Shown piece after piece: positions 30,001 through 45,000 of a DNA stretch of 64,000 nucleotides. The position numbers and the translations under genes are program-made. The stretch comes from Malacoraja senta (taxonomy: Eukaryota): positions 25,110,001 to 25,174,000 of the forward strand of contig CM075985.1 of NCBI GenBank assembly GCA_038087875.1. Reading direction: 5' to 3'. Positions within the stretch are counted from its first letter, which is position 1; each line of letters starts with the position of its first letter. Under the pieces are notes generated by a model, which saw nothing but the letters and a program-made list of their open reading frames with translations, was not told the DNA's origin and did not search any database.

Positions 30001-33000
30001 TCTCGATCTGTAACAGGCAAACTCTGATCCAAATCAATGCTCTAGCTTTCAATTATGTCATATAGAGAAATATCTTATCCACTTCTATATTATTCAAGCA
30101 GGTGTACTGAATGTGGAAAGAACAAAATCATGAATTTTATTGCATCCTGTAAATGGGAATAATCTTGTACATTTCCACAGACTGCTGCTCTTGATGAAAC
30201 TGCGCTGGTGAATGCATTCGTGTATTCATATACGTAACAATGCAATTTTTCTTATATCATTTGAAGAAATCCATCACTTACCAGTTGTTGAATGATGAAC
30301 AGACGGAGTGATTGTTGTACTTCCTGTTGTAATTGTAATTTGGAAACAGAAAGAAAAATAATCAAATTGAAGACATTTTTGACTACTGCAAAGCAGTAAA
30401 ATTGATCATCATCCACTATTTGGTTATTTTATAGACACTCAATGTTAGAGCAAAAATAAATTATTGTTTTTTTAATATAACATGGTCTCCTTCGGTGGAT
30501 AAGTGGAAATGGCAACATTGGTACAAAAATCACTATTTAATCATGTGATGTTTTTCAAAACTTTATTTACCTTACCAGACAAAATGGTGCTTGATTTTTT
30601 TGGCTATATCCTGAGGCAACTTGAAATGCAGATTTGAGTTGATGGATTTGAGTCAAATACTCTAATTGTTTGCTTTTGTATTTATTTGGTGAATCTATTG
30701 AAAAAAGAACTCACCACTTGTGGAACTGGTAGTGGGAGTTGTTGTTACTTTGGTTGTAGTTGGCTCTGCTGGAGAACAAGGGAAAGTATTAAAAAATGCT
30801 GAATACTAGCTCCATTAGCAACTAATTAGAAAGAGTGACTTGACAAACATGGTGAAGTGGATATGAAAAGTAATGATTAATGTGCAGTCCTCAAATACAA
30901 CATAGCAAGGTTAGGTACCATGGAGCAAACCATCAGTTGCACCTGTTCTTATAAATGTATTCTGACGTAATGATAGATAAATGAAGGGATCCATAGAGTA
31001 CAGTGAACATGGGTGTCGCAATCTGTACACAGATTTAACTTGATTTGTAAATGCAGAGTGCAACTTTCAAACAAGGATCGATGCTGAATTTTATGCAATT
31101 TGCGATACATTTCGAAAAGATTTGGAAGTACATGTAGATGGGTTGATTAGTAAGTTTGCAGATGACACCAAGATTGGTATAGTTATGGAAGAGTTTGGAA
31201 GTCATGTTACAGCTTTGTAGATCTTTGGTTAGGCCACATTTGAAGTATTGCGTGCAGTTTTGGTCTCAACACACTGGAAGCATTTGAAGGCTTTGGAGAG
31301 TGTAAAGAACAGGTTGACCAGAATGCTGCCTAATGTAAGATATTTGTTGTTCGGTTGGTAAAATTGGATTATTTTCTCGAGAAGATTGGAAGTTGAGGGA
31401 ACACCTGATGGTAGTGTCTGGAAATATGAGACGCATAAATAGGGTAGAGTGTTATTTCCAGGGTAGAAATGTCAAAGGCTAGAGGGCACAGCTTTAAGGT
31501 GAGTGGGGGAAAATGTAATGGGGATTACCGTATTAAGATTATTAACATTAAAAAAAAAAAATTTCGGCACAGATACTGTGGACTGAAGATATTGTGGATT
31601 GTGCTCCTGCGCTGTACTGTTGTATTTGACGATTTATAAAATGTCAGCCTAAGAGTACTACTTTCGCAAAAATTGCAACGTTGAAAATATAAATAAGGAT
31701 TGACATGTGCTTGCATTTCTAGTAAAACATGCATTTCTGATGTCATTTGTAGAAATACTTCATTTACCAGATGTGGAACTGGGAGGAGGGGAATGTGTTG
31801 TTGATGCAGTTGTAACTGGGAAAACAAAATTAAAAATTCAGCTGCTGCAGCTTTCTGATGTTGAGTACACTGATGATTGATAACGCCTTAATAGATGAAA
31901 CTCCTTCTATCTTGATCTGTAACAGGCAAACTCTGATCCAAATCAATGCTCACTAGCTTTCAATTTATGTCATATAGGGAAATATCTTATCCACTTCTAT
32001 ATTATTCAAGCAGGTGTACTGAATGTGGAAAGAACAAAATCATGAATTTTATTGCATCCTGTAAATGACAATAATCTTGTACATTTCCACAGACTGCTGC
32101 TCTTGATGAAATTGCGCTGGTGAATGCATTCGTGTATTCATATACGTAACAATGCAATTTTTCTTATATCATTTGAAGAAATCCATCACTTACCAGTTGT
32201 TGAATGATGAACAGATGGAGTGATTGTTGTACTTCCTGTTGTAATTATAATTTGGAAACAGAAAGAAAAATAATGAAATTGAAGACATTTTTGACTACTG
32301 CAAAGCAGTAAAATTGATCATCATCCACTATTTGGTTATTTTAGAGACACTCAAGTTTAGAGCAAAAATAAATTATTGCTTTTTAATATAACATGGTCTC
32401 CTTCAGGTGGATAAGTGGAAATGTCAATATTTTAGAGACACTGTAGTTGGCTCTGCTGGAGAACAAGGGAAAGCATTAAAAAATGCTGCACATCAGCTCC
32501 ATTTGCAGCTAATTAGAGAGAGTGACTTGACAAACATGGTGAAGTGGATACGAAAAGTAATGATTAATGTGCAGTCCTCAAATACAACATAGCATGGTTA
32601 GGTACCATGGAGCAAACCATCAGTTGCACCTGTTCTTATAAATGTATTCTGACGTAATGATAGATAAATGAAGGGATGCATAGAGTACAGTGAACATGGG
32701 TGTCACAATATGTACACAGATTTAACTTGATTTGTAAATGCAGAGTGCAACTTTCAAACAAGGATCGATGCTGAATTTTTTGCCATTTGCGATACATTTC
32801 TAAAAGACTTGGAAGTAAGTGAAGATGGGTTGATTAGTAAGTTTGAAGATGACACCAAGATTGGTGTAGTTCTGGAAGAGTTTGGAAGTCATGTTACAGC
32901 TTTGTAGATCTTTGGTTAGGCCACATTTGAAGTATTGCGTGCAGTTTTGGTCTCAACACACAGGAAGCATTTGAAGGCTTTGGAGAGTGTAAAGAACAGG

Positions 33001-36000
33001 TTGACCAGAATGCTGCCTAATGTAAGATATTTGTTGTTCGGTTGGTAAAATTGGATTATTTTCTCGAGAAGATCAGAAGTTGAGGGAACACCTGATGGTA
33101 GTGTCTGGAAATATGAGATGCATAAATAGGGTAGAGTGTTATTTCCAGGGTAGAAATGTCAAAGGCTAGAGGGCACAGCTTTAAGGGGAGTGGGGGAAAA
33201 TGTAATGGAGTTTACCGTATTAAGATTTTTAACATTAAAAAAAAAATGTTCGGCACATTTGCTGTGGACTGAAGATATTGTGGATTGTGGTCCTGCGCTG
33301 TACTGTTGTATTTGACGATTTATAAAATGTCAGCCGAAGAGTACTACTTTCGCAAAAATTGCAACGTTGCAAATACTAAATAAGGATTGACATGTGCTTA
33401 CATTTCTAGTAAAACATGCATTTCTGGTCATTTGTACAAATACTTCACTTACCAGATGTGGAATTGGGAGGAGGGGAATGTGTTGTTGATGCAGTTGTAA
33501 CTGGGAAAACAAAAGTAAAAATTCAGCTGCTGCAGCTTTCTGATGTTGAGTACACTGATGATTGATAACGCCTTAAGAGATGAAACTCCTTCTATCTTGA
33601 TCTGTAACAGGCAAACTCTGATCCAAATCAATGCTCACTAGCTTTCAATTTATGTCATATAGGGAAATATCTTATCCACTTCTATATTATTCAAGCAGGT
33701 GTACTGAATGTGGAAAGAACAAAATCATGAATTTTATTGCATCCTGTAAATGACAATAATCTTGTACATTTCCACAGACTGCTGCTCTTGATGAAACTGC
33801 GCTGGTGAATGCATTCGTGTATTCATATGCAATTTTTCTTATATCATTTGAAGAAATCCATCACTTACCAGTTGTTGAATGATGAACAGATGGAGTGATA
33901 GTTGTACTTCCTGTTGTAATTATAATTTGGAAACAGAAAGAAAAATAATCAAATTGAAGACATTTTTGACTACTGCAAAGCAGTAAAATTGATCATCATC
34001 CACTATTTGGTTATTTTATAGACACTCAATGTTAGAGCAAAAATAAATTATTGTTTTTTAATATAACATGGTCTCCTTCAGGTGGATAAGTGGAAATGGC
34101 AACATTGGTACAAAAATCACTATTTAATCATGTGACGTTTTTCAAAGCTTTATTTACCTTACTAGACAAAATGGTGCTTGATTTTTTTGGCTATATCCTG
34201 AGGCAACTTGAAATGCAGATTTGAGTTGATGGATTTGAGTCAAATACTCTCATTGTTTGCTTTTGTAATTATTTGGTGAATCTATTGAAAAAAGAACTCA
34301 CCACTTGTGGAACTGGTAGAGGGAGTTGTTGTTACTTTGGTTGTAGTTGGCTCTGCTGGAGAACAAGTAAAAGTATTAAAAAAATGCTGAATACTAGCTC
34401 CATTAGCAACTAATTAGAGAGAGTGACTTGACAAACATGGTGAAGTGGATACGAAAAGTAATGATTAATGTTCAGTCCTCAAATACAACATAGCAAGTTT
34501 AGGTACCATGGAGCAAACCATCAGTTGCACCTGTTCTTATAAATGGATTCTGACGTAATGATAGATAAATGAAGGGATGCATAGAGTACAGTGAACATGG
34601 GTGTCGCAATCTGTACACAGATTTAACTTGATTTGTAAATGCAGAGTGCAACTTTCAAACAAGGATCGATGCTGAATTTTTTGCAATTTGCGATACATTT
34701 CTAAAAGACTTGGAAGTAAGTGAAGATGGGTTGATTAGTAAGTTTGAAGATGACACCAAGATTGGTGCAGTTCTGGAAGAGTTTGGAAGCCATGTTACAG
34801 CTTTGTAGATCTTTGGTTAGGCCACATTTGAAGTATTGCGTGCAGTTTTGGTCTCAACACACAGGAAGCATTTGAAGGCTTTGGAGAGTGTAAAGAACAG
34901 GTTGACCAGAATGTTGCCAAATGTAAGATATTTGTTGTTCGGTTGGTAAAATTGGATTATTTTCTCGAGAAGATCGGAAGTTGAGGGAACACCTGATGGT
35001 AGTGTCTGGAAATATGAGACGCATAAATAGGGTAGAGTGTTATTTCCATGGTAGAAATGTCAAAGGCTAGAGGGCACAGCTTTAAGGTGAGTGGGGGAAA
35101 ATGTAATGGAGATTACCGTATTAAGATTTTTTAATTTTTTTTTAAAATGTTTGGCACAGATACTGTGGACTGAAGATATTGTGGATTGTGGTCCTGCGCT
35201 GTACTGTTGTATTTGACGATTTATAAAATGTCAGCCGAAGAGTACTACTTTTGCAAAAATTGCAACGTTGAAAATACTAAATAAGGATTGACATGTGCTT
35301 GCATTTCTAGTAAAACATGCATTTCTGGTCATTTGAACAAATACTTCACTTACCAGATGTGGAACTGGGAGGAGGGTGATGTGTTGTTGATGCAGTTGTA
35401 ACTGGGAAAACAAAAGTAAAAATTCAGCTGCTCCAGCTTTCTGATGTTGAGTACACTGATGATTGATAACGCCTTAAGAGATGAAACTCCTTCTATCTCG
35501 ATCTGTAACAGGCAAACTCTGATCCAAATCAATGCTCTAGCTTTCAATTATGTCATATAGAGAAATATCTTATCCACTTCTATATTATTCAAGCAGGTGT
35601 ACTGAATGTGGAAAGAACAAAATCATGAATTTTATTGCATCCTGTAAATGACAATAATCTTGTACATTTCCACAGACTGCTGCTCTTGATGAAACTGCGC
35701 TGGTGAATGCTTTCGTGTATTCATATACGTAACAATGCAATTTTTCTTATATCATTTGAAGAAATCCATCACTTACCAGTTGTTGAATGATGAACAGACG
35801 GAGTGATTGTTGTACTTCCTGTTGTAATTGTAATTTGGAAACAGAAAGAAAAATAATCAAATTGAAGACATTTTTGACTACTGCAAAGCAGTAAAATTGA
35901 TCATCATCCACTATTTGGTTATTTTATAGACACTCAATGTTAGAGCAAAAATAAATTATTGTTTTTTTAATATAACATGGTCTCCTTCGGGTGGATAAGT

Positions 36001-39000
36001 GGAAATGGCAACATTGGTACAAAAATCACTATTTAATCATGTGATGTTTTTCAAAACTTTATTTACCTTACTAGACAAAATGGTGCTTGATTTTTTTGGC
36101 TATATCCTGAGGCAACTTGAAATGAAGATTTGAGTTGATGGATTTGAGTCAAATACTCTAATTGTTTGCTTTTGTATTTATTTGGTGAATCTATTGAAAA
36201 AAGAACTCACCACTTGTGGAACTGGTAGAGGGAGTTGTTGTTACTTTGGTTGTAGTTGGCTCTGCTGGAGAACAAGGGAAAGTATTAAAAAATGCTGCAC
36301 ATCAGCTCCATTTGCAGCTAATTAGAGAGAGTGACTTGACAAACATGGTGAAGTGGATACGAAAAGTAATGATTAATGTGCAGTCCTCAAATACAACATA
36401 GCATGGTTAGGTACCATGGAGCAAACCATCAGTTGCACCTGTTCTTATAAATGTATTCTGACGTAATGATAGATAAATGAAGGGATGCATAGAGTACAGT
36501 GAACATGGGTGTCACAATATGTACACAGATTTAACTTGATTTGTAAATGCAGAGTGCAACTTTCAAACAAGGATCGATGCTGAATTTTTTGCCATTTGCG
36601 ATACATTTCTAAAAGACTTGGAAGTAAGTGAAGATGGGTTGATTAGTAAGTTTTAAGATGACACCAAGATTGGTGTAGTTCTGGAAGAGTTTGGAAGTCA
36701 TGTTACAGCTTTGTAGATCTTTGGTTAGGCCACATTTGAAGTATTGCGTGCAGTTTTGGTCTCAACACACAGGAAGCATTTGAAGGCTTTGGAGAGTGTA
36801 AAGAACAGGTTGACCAGAATGCTGCCTAATGTAAGATATTTGTTGTTCGGTTGGTAAAATTGGATTATTTTCTCGAGAAGATCGGAAGTTGAGGGAACAC
36901 CTGATGGTAGTGTCTGGAAATATGAGACGCATAAATAGGGTAGAGTGTTATTTCCAGGGTAGAAATGTCAAAGGCTAGAGGGCACAGCTTTAAGGTGAGT
37001 GGGGGAAAATGTAATGGGGATTACCGTATTAAGATTATTAACATTTAAAAAAAAAAATTTCGGCACAGATACTGTGGACTGAAGATATTGTGGATTGTGC
37101 TCCTGCGCTGTACTGTTGTATTTGACGATTTATAAAATGTCAGCCTAAGAGTACTACTTTCGCAAAAATTGCAACGTTGAAAATATAAATAAGGATTGAC
37201 ATGTGCTTGCATTTCTAGTAAAACATGCATTTCTGATGTCATTTGAACAAATACTTCACTTACCAGATGTGGAACTGGGAGGAGGGGAATGTGTTGTTGA
37301 TGCAGTTGTAACTGGGAAAACAAAATTAAAAATTCAGCTGCTGCAGCTTTCTGATGTTGAGTACACTGATGATTGATAACGCCTTAATAGATGAAACTCC
37401 TTCTATCTTGATCTGTAACAGGCAAACTCTGATCCAAATCAATGCTCACTAGCTTTCAATTTATGTCATATAGGGAAATATCTTATCCACTTCTATATTA
37501 TTCAAGCAGGTGTACTGAATGTGGAAAGAAGAAAATCATGAATTTAATTGCATCCTGTAAATGACAATAATCTTGTACATTTCCACAGACTGCTGCTCTT
37601 GATGAAACTGCGCTGGTGAATGCATTTGTGTATTCATATACGTAACAATGCAATTTTTCTTATATCATTTGAAGAAATCCATCACTTACCAGTTGTTGAA
37701 TGATGAACAGATGGAGTGATTGTTGTACTTCCTGTTGTAATTATAATTTGGAAACAGAAAGAAAAATAATGAAATTGAAGACATTTTTGACTACTGCAAA
37801 GCAGTAAAATTGATCATCATCCACTATTTGGTTATTTTAGAGACACTCAAGTTTAGAGCAAAAATAAATTATTGCTTTTTAATATAACATGGTCTCCTTC
37901 AGGTGGATAAGTGGAAATGTCAATATTTTAGAGACACTGTAGTTGGCTCTGCTGGAGAACAAGGGAAAGTATTAAAAAATGCTGCACATCAGCTCCATTT
38001 GCAGCTAATTAGAGAGAGTGACTTGACAAACATGGTGAAGTGGATACGAAAAGTAATGATTAATGTGCAGTTCTCAAATACAACATAGCATGGTTAGGTA
38101 CCATGGAGCAAACCATCAGTTGCACCTGTTCTTATAAATGTATTCTGACGTAATGATAGATAAATGAAGGGATGCATAGAGTACAGTGAACATGGGTGTC
38201 ACAATATGTACACAGATTTAACTTGATTTGTAAATGCAGAGTGCAACTTTCAAACAAGGATCGATGCTGAATTTTTTGCCATTTGCGATACATTTCTAAA
38301 AGACTTGGAAGTAAGTGAAGATGGGTTGATTAGTAAGTTTGAAGATGACACCAAGATTGGTGTAGTTCTGGAAGAGTTTGGAAGTCATGTTACAGCTTTG
38401 TAGATCTTTGGTTAGGCCACATTTGAAGTATTGCGTGCAGTTTTGGTCTCAACACACAGGAAGCATTTGAAGGCTTTGGAGAGTGTAAAGAACAGGTTGA
38501 CCAGAATGCTGCCTAATGTAAGATATTTGTTGTTCGGTTGGTAAAATTGGATTATTTTCTCGAGAAGATCAGAAGTTGAGGGAACACCTGATGGTAGTGT
38601 CTGGAAATATGAGATGCATAAATAGGGTAGAGTGTTATTTCCAGGGTAGAAATGTCAAAGGCTAGAGGGCACAGCTTTAAGGGGAGTGGGGGAAAATGTA
38701 ATGGAGTTTACCGTATTAAGATTTTTAACATTTAAAAAAAAAGTTCGGCACAGATGCTGTGGACTGAAGATATTGTGGATTGTGGTCCTGCGCTGTACTG
38801 TTGTATTTGACGATTTATAAAATGTCAGCCGAAGAGTACTACTTTCGCAAAAATTGCAACGTTGCAAATACTAAATAAGGATTGACATGTGCTTACATTT
38901 CTAGTAAAACATGCATTTCTGGTCATTTGTACAAATACTTCACTTACCAGATGTGGAACTGGGAGGAGGGTGATGTGTTGTTGATGCAGTTGTAACTGGG

Positions 39001-42000
39001 AAAACAAAAGTAAAAATTCAGCTGCTGCAGCTTTCTGATGTTGAGTACACTGATGATTGATAACGCCTTAAGAGATGAAACTCCTTCTATCTTGATCTGT
39101 AACAGGCAAACTCTGATCCAAATCAATGCTCACTAGCTTTCAATTTATGTCATATAGGGAAATATCTTATCCACTTCTATATTATTCAAGCAGGTGTACT
39201 GAATGTGGAAAGAACAAAATCATGAATTTTATTGCATCCTGTAAATGACAATAATCTTGTACATTTCCACAGACTGCTGCTCTTGATGAAACTGCGCTGG
39301 TGAATGCATTCGTGTATTCATATACGTAACAATGCAATTTTTCTTATATCATTTGAAGAAATCCATCACTTACCAGTTGTTGAATGATGAACAGATGGAG
39401 TGATAGTTGTACTTCCTGTTGTAATTATAATTTGGAAACAGAAAGAAAAATAATGAAATTGAAGACATTTTTGACTACTCAAAGCAGTAAAATTGATCAT
39501 CATCCACTATTTGGTTATTTTATAGACACTCAATGTTAGAGCAAAAATAAATTATTGTTTTTTAATATAACATGGTCTCCTTCAGGTGGATAAGTGGAAA
39601 TGGCAACATTGGTACAAAAATCACTATTTAATCATGTGACGTTTTTCAAAGCTTTATTTACCTTACTAGACAAAATGGTGCTTGATTTTTTTGGCTATAT
39701 CCTGAGGCAACTTGAAATGCAGATTTGAGTTGATGGATTTGAGTCAAATACTCTCATTGTTTGCTTTTGTAATTATTTGGTGAATCTATTGAAAAAAGAA
39801 CTCACCACTTGTGGAACTGGTAGAGGGAGTTGTTGTTACTTTGGTTGTAGTTGGCTCTGCTGGAGAACAAGTGAAAGTATTAAAAAAATGCTGAATACCA
39901 GCTCCATTTGCAACTAATTAGAGAGAGTGACTTGACAAACATGGTGTAGTGGATACGAAAACTAATGATTAATGTTCAGTCCTCAAATACAACATAGCAA
40001 GTTTAGGTACCATGGAGCAAACCATCAGTTGCACCTGTTCTTATAAATGGATTCTGACGTAATGATAGATAAATGAAGGGATGCATAGAGTACAGTGAAC
40101 ATGGGTGTCGCAATCTGTACACAGATTTAACTTGATTTGTAAATGCAGAGTGCAACTTTCAAACAAGGATCGATGCTGAATTTTTTGCAATTTGCGATAC
40201 ATTTCTAAAAGACTTGGAAATAAGTGAAGAAGGGTTGATTAGTAAGTTTGAAGATGACACCAAGATTGGTGTAGTTCTGGAAGAGTTTGGAAGTCATGTT
40301 ACAGCATTGTAGATCTTTGGTTAGGCCACATTTGAAGTATTGCGTGCAGTTTTGGTCTCAACACACAGGAAGCACTTGAAGGCTTTGGAGAGTGTAAAGA
40401 ACAGGTTGACCAGAATGCTGCCTAATGTAAGATATTTGTTGTTCGGTTGGTAAAATTGGATTATTTTCTCGAGAAGATTGGATGTTGAGGGAACACCTGA
40501 TGGTAGTGTCTGGAAATATGAGACGCATAAATAGGGTAGAGTGTTATTTCCAGGGTAGAAATGTCAAAGGCTAGAGGGCACAGCTTTAAGGTGAGTGGGG
40601 GGAAATGTAATGGGGATTACCGTATTAAGATTTTTAACATTAAAAAAAAAAATGTTCGGCACAAATACTGTGGACTGAAGATATTGTGGATTGTGCTCCT
40701 GTGCTGTACTGTTGTATTTGACGATTTATAAAATGTCAGCCTAAGAGTACTACTTCGCAAAAATTGCAACGTTGAAAATACTAAATAAGGATTGACATGT
40801 GCTTGCATTTCTAGTAAAACATGCATTTCTGATGTCATTTGAACAAATACTTCACTTACCAGATGTGGAACTGGGAGGAGGGGAATGTGTTGTTGATGCA
40901 GTTGTAACTGGGAAAACAAAAGTAAAAATTCAGCTGCTGCAGCTTTCTGATGTTGAGTACACTGATGATTGATAACGCCTTAATAGATGAAACTCCTTCT
41001 ATCTTGATCTGTAACAGGCAAACTCTGATCCAAATCAATGCTCACTAGCTTTCAATTTATGTCATATAGGGAAATATCTTATCCACTTCTATATTATTCA
41101 AGCAGGTGTACTGAATGTGGAAAGAACAAAATCATGAATTTAATTGCATCCTGTAAATGACAATAATCTTGTACATTTCCACAGACTGCTGCTCTTGATG
41201 AAACTGCGCTGGTGAATGCATTCGTGTATTCATATACGTAACAATGCAATTTTTCTTATATCATTTGAAGAAATCCATCACTTACCAGTTGTTGAATGAT
41301 GAACAGATGGAGTGATTGTTGTACTTCCTGTTGTAATTGTAATTTGGAAACAGAAAGAAAAATAATCAAATTGAAGACATTTTTGACTGCTGCAAAGCAG
41401 TAAAATTGATCATCGTCCACTATTTGGTTATTTTAGAGACACTCAACGTTAGAGCAAAAATTAATTATTGTTTTTTAATATAACATGGTCTCCTTCAGGT
41501 GGATGTGGAAATGGCAACATTGGTACAAAAATCACTATTTAATCATGTGACATTTTTCAAAACTTTATTTACCTTACTAGACAAAATGGCGCTTGATTTT
41601 TTTGGCTATATCCTGAGGCAACTTGAAATGCAGATTTAAGTTGATGGGTTTGAGTCAAATACTCTCATTGTTTGCTTTTGTAATTATTTGGTGAATCTAT
41701 TGAAAAAAGAACTCACCACTTGTGGAACTGGTAGAGGGAGTTGTTGTTACTTTGGTTGTAGTTGGCTCTGCTGGAGAACAAGGGAAAGTATTAAAAAATG
41801 CTGCACACCAGCTCCATTTGCAGCTAATTAGATGGAGTGACTTGACAAACATGGTGAAGTGGATACGAAAAGTAATGATTAATGTGCAGTCCTCAAATAC
41901 AACATAGCAAGGTTAGGTACCATGGAGCAAACCATCAGTTGCATCTGTTCTTATAAATATATTCTGACGTAATGATAGATAAATGAAGGGATGCATAGAG

Positions 42001-45000
42001 TACAGTGAACATGGGTGTCGCAATCTGTACACAGATTTAACTTGATTTGTAAATGCAGTGCAACTTTCAAACAAGGATCGATGCTGAATTTTTTGCAATT
42101 TGCGATACATTTCTAAAAGACTTGGAAGTAAGGGAAGATGGGTTGATTAGTAAGTTTGATGTTGACACCAAGATTGGTGTAGTTCTGGAAGAGTTTGGAA
42201 GTCATGTTACAGCTTTGTAGATCTTTGGTTAGGCCACATTTGAAGTATTGCGTGCAGTTTTGGTCTCCGCACACTGGAAGCATTTGAAGGCTTTGGAGAG
42301 TGTAAAGAACAGGTTGACCAGAATGTTGCCTAATGTAAGGTATTTGTGTTCGGTTGGTAAAATTTGATTATTTTCTCGAGAAGATTGGAAGTTGAGGGAA
42401 CACCTGATGGTAGTGTCTGGAAATATGAGACGCATAAATAGGGTAGAGTGTTATTTCCAGGGTAGAAATGTCAAAGGCTAGAGGGCACAGCGTTAAGGTG
42501 AGTGGGGGAAAATGTAATGGAGATTACCGTATTAAGATTTTTAACATAAAAAAAAAAATGTTCGGCACAAATACTGTGGACATAAGATATTGTGGATTGT
42601 GGTCCTTGCTGTACTGTTGTAGTTGACGATTTATAAAATGTCAGCCTAAGAGTACTACTTTCGCAAAAATTGTAACGTTGAAAATACTAAATAAGGATTG
42701 ACATGTGCTTGCATTTCCAGTTAAACATGCATTTCTGATGTCATTTGAACAAATACTTCACTTACCAGAAGTGGAACTGGGAGGAGGGTGATGTGTTGTT
42801 GATGCAGTTGTAACTGGGAAAACAAAAGTAAAAATTCAGCGGCTGCAGCTTTCTGATGTTGAGTAGACTGATGATTGATAACGCCTTAATAGATGAAACT
42901 CCTTCTATCTTGATCTGTAACAGGCAAACTCTGATCCAAATCAATGCTCACTAGCTTTCAAAGATGTCATATAGAGAAATATCTTATCCACTTCTATATT
43001 ATCCAAGCAGGTGTACTGAATGTGGAAAGAACAAAATCATGAATTTAATTGCATCCTGTAAATGACAATAATCTTGTACATTTCCACAGACTGCTGCTCT
43101 TGATGAAACTGCGCTGGTGAATGCATTCGTGTATTCATATACGTAACAATGCAATTTTTCTTATATCATTTGAAGAAATCCATCACTTACCAGTTGTTGA
43201 ATGATGAACAGACGGAGTGATTGTTGTACTTCCTGTTGTAATTGTAATTTGGAAACAGAAAGAAAAATAATGAAATTGAAGACATTTTTGACTGCTGCAA
43301 AGCAGTAAAATTGATCATCGTCCACTATTTGGTTATTTTAGAGACACTCAATGTTAGAGCAAAAATGAATTATTGTTTTTTAATATAACATGGTCTCCTT
43401 CAGGTGGATAAGTGGAAATGGCTACATTGGTACAAAAATCACTATTTAATCATGTGACATTTTTCAAAACTTTATTTACCTTACTAGACAATATGGCACT
43501 TGATTTTTTTGGCTATATCCTGAGGCAACTTGAAATGCAGATTTAAGTTGATGGGTTTGAGTCAAATACTCTAATTGTTTGCTTTTGTAATTATTTGGTG
43601 AATGTATTGAAAAAAGAACTCACCACTTGTGGAACTGGAAGAGTGAGTTGTTGTTACTTTGGTTGTAGTTGGCTCTGCTGGAGAAGAAGGGAAAGTATTA
43701 AAAAAATGCTGAATACCAACTCCATTAGCAACTAATTAGAGAGAGTGACTTGACAAACATGGTGAAGTGGATGCGAAAAGTAATGAATAATGTGCAGTCC
43801 TCAAATACAACATAGCAAGGTTAGGTACCATGGAGCAAACCATCAGTTGCACCTGTTCTTATCAATGGATTCTGATGTAATGATAGATAAATGAAGGGGT
43901 GCATAGAACATGGGTGTCGCAATCTGTACACAGATTTAACTTGATTTGTAAATGCAGAGTGCAACTTTCAAACAAGGATCGATGCTGAATTTTTTGCAAT
44001 TTGCGAAACATTTCGAAAAGATTGGAAGTAGATATGGATGGGTTGATAAGTAAGTTCGCAGATGACACCAAAATTGGTATAGTTCTGGAAGAGTTTGGAA
44101 GTCATGTTACAGCTTTGTAAATCTTTGGTTAGGCCACATTTGAAGTATTGCGTGCAGTTTTGGTCTCCGCACACAGGAAGCATTTGAATGCTTTGGAGAG
44201 TGTAAAGAACAGGTTGACCAGAATGCTGCCTAATGTAAGATATTTGTTGTTCGGTTGGTAAAATTGAATTATTTTCTCAAGAAGATCGGAAGTTGAAGGA
44301 ACACCTGATGGTAGTGTCTGGAAATTCGAGACGCATAAATAGGGTAGAGTGTTATTTCCAGGGTAGAAATGTCAAAGGCTAGAGGGCATATCTTGAAGGT
44401 GAGTGGGGGAAAATGTAATGGAGATTACAGTATTAAGATTTTTAACATTTTATATAAAATGTTCGGCCCAGATACTGTGGACTGAAGATATTGTGGATTG
44501 TGGTCCTGTGCTGTACTGTTGTACTTGTCGATTTATAATATGTCAGCCTAAGAGTACTACTTTCGCAAAAGTTGCAACGTTGAAAATACTAAATAAGGAT
44601 TGACATGTGTTTGCATTTCTAGTAAAACATGCATTTCTGATGTCATTTGAACAAATCACTTACCAGATGTGGAACTGGGAGGAGGGGAATGTGTTGTTGA
44701 TGCAGTTGTAACTGGGAAAACAAAAGTAAGAATTTCAACATTGGTAAAAGAAGCGCTCTTTACTCATGTGATATTTTTCAAAACTTTATTGACCTTACTA
44801 GACGATATGGTCATTGATTTTTTTGTCTACTTTTCAGATGCAACTTGAAATGCAAGTTTATGTTAATGTATTTGAGTCAAATACTCTCATCGTTTGCTTT
44901 TGTAATTAATTGTTGATTCTACTGAAACAAAAACTCACCAATTGTGGAACTGGTAGAGGGAGTTGTTGTTACTTTGGTTGTAGTTGGCTGTGCTGGATAA

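Noticed and set aside
1454-42944. Repeated 60-65 aa ORFs ([10 protein letters not shown]..., [11 protein letters not shown]...) as a tandem small-protein family
   Set aside because: Non-ATG starts, broken in many units, and they are wrong-frame or antisense readings over exons B and A
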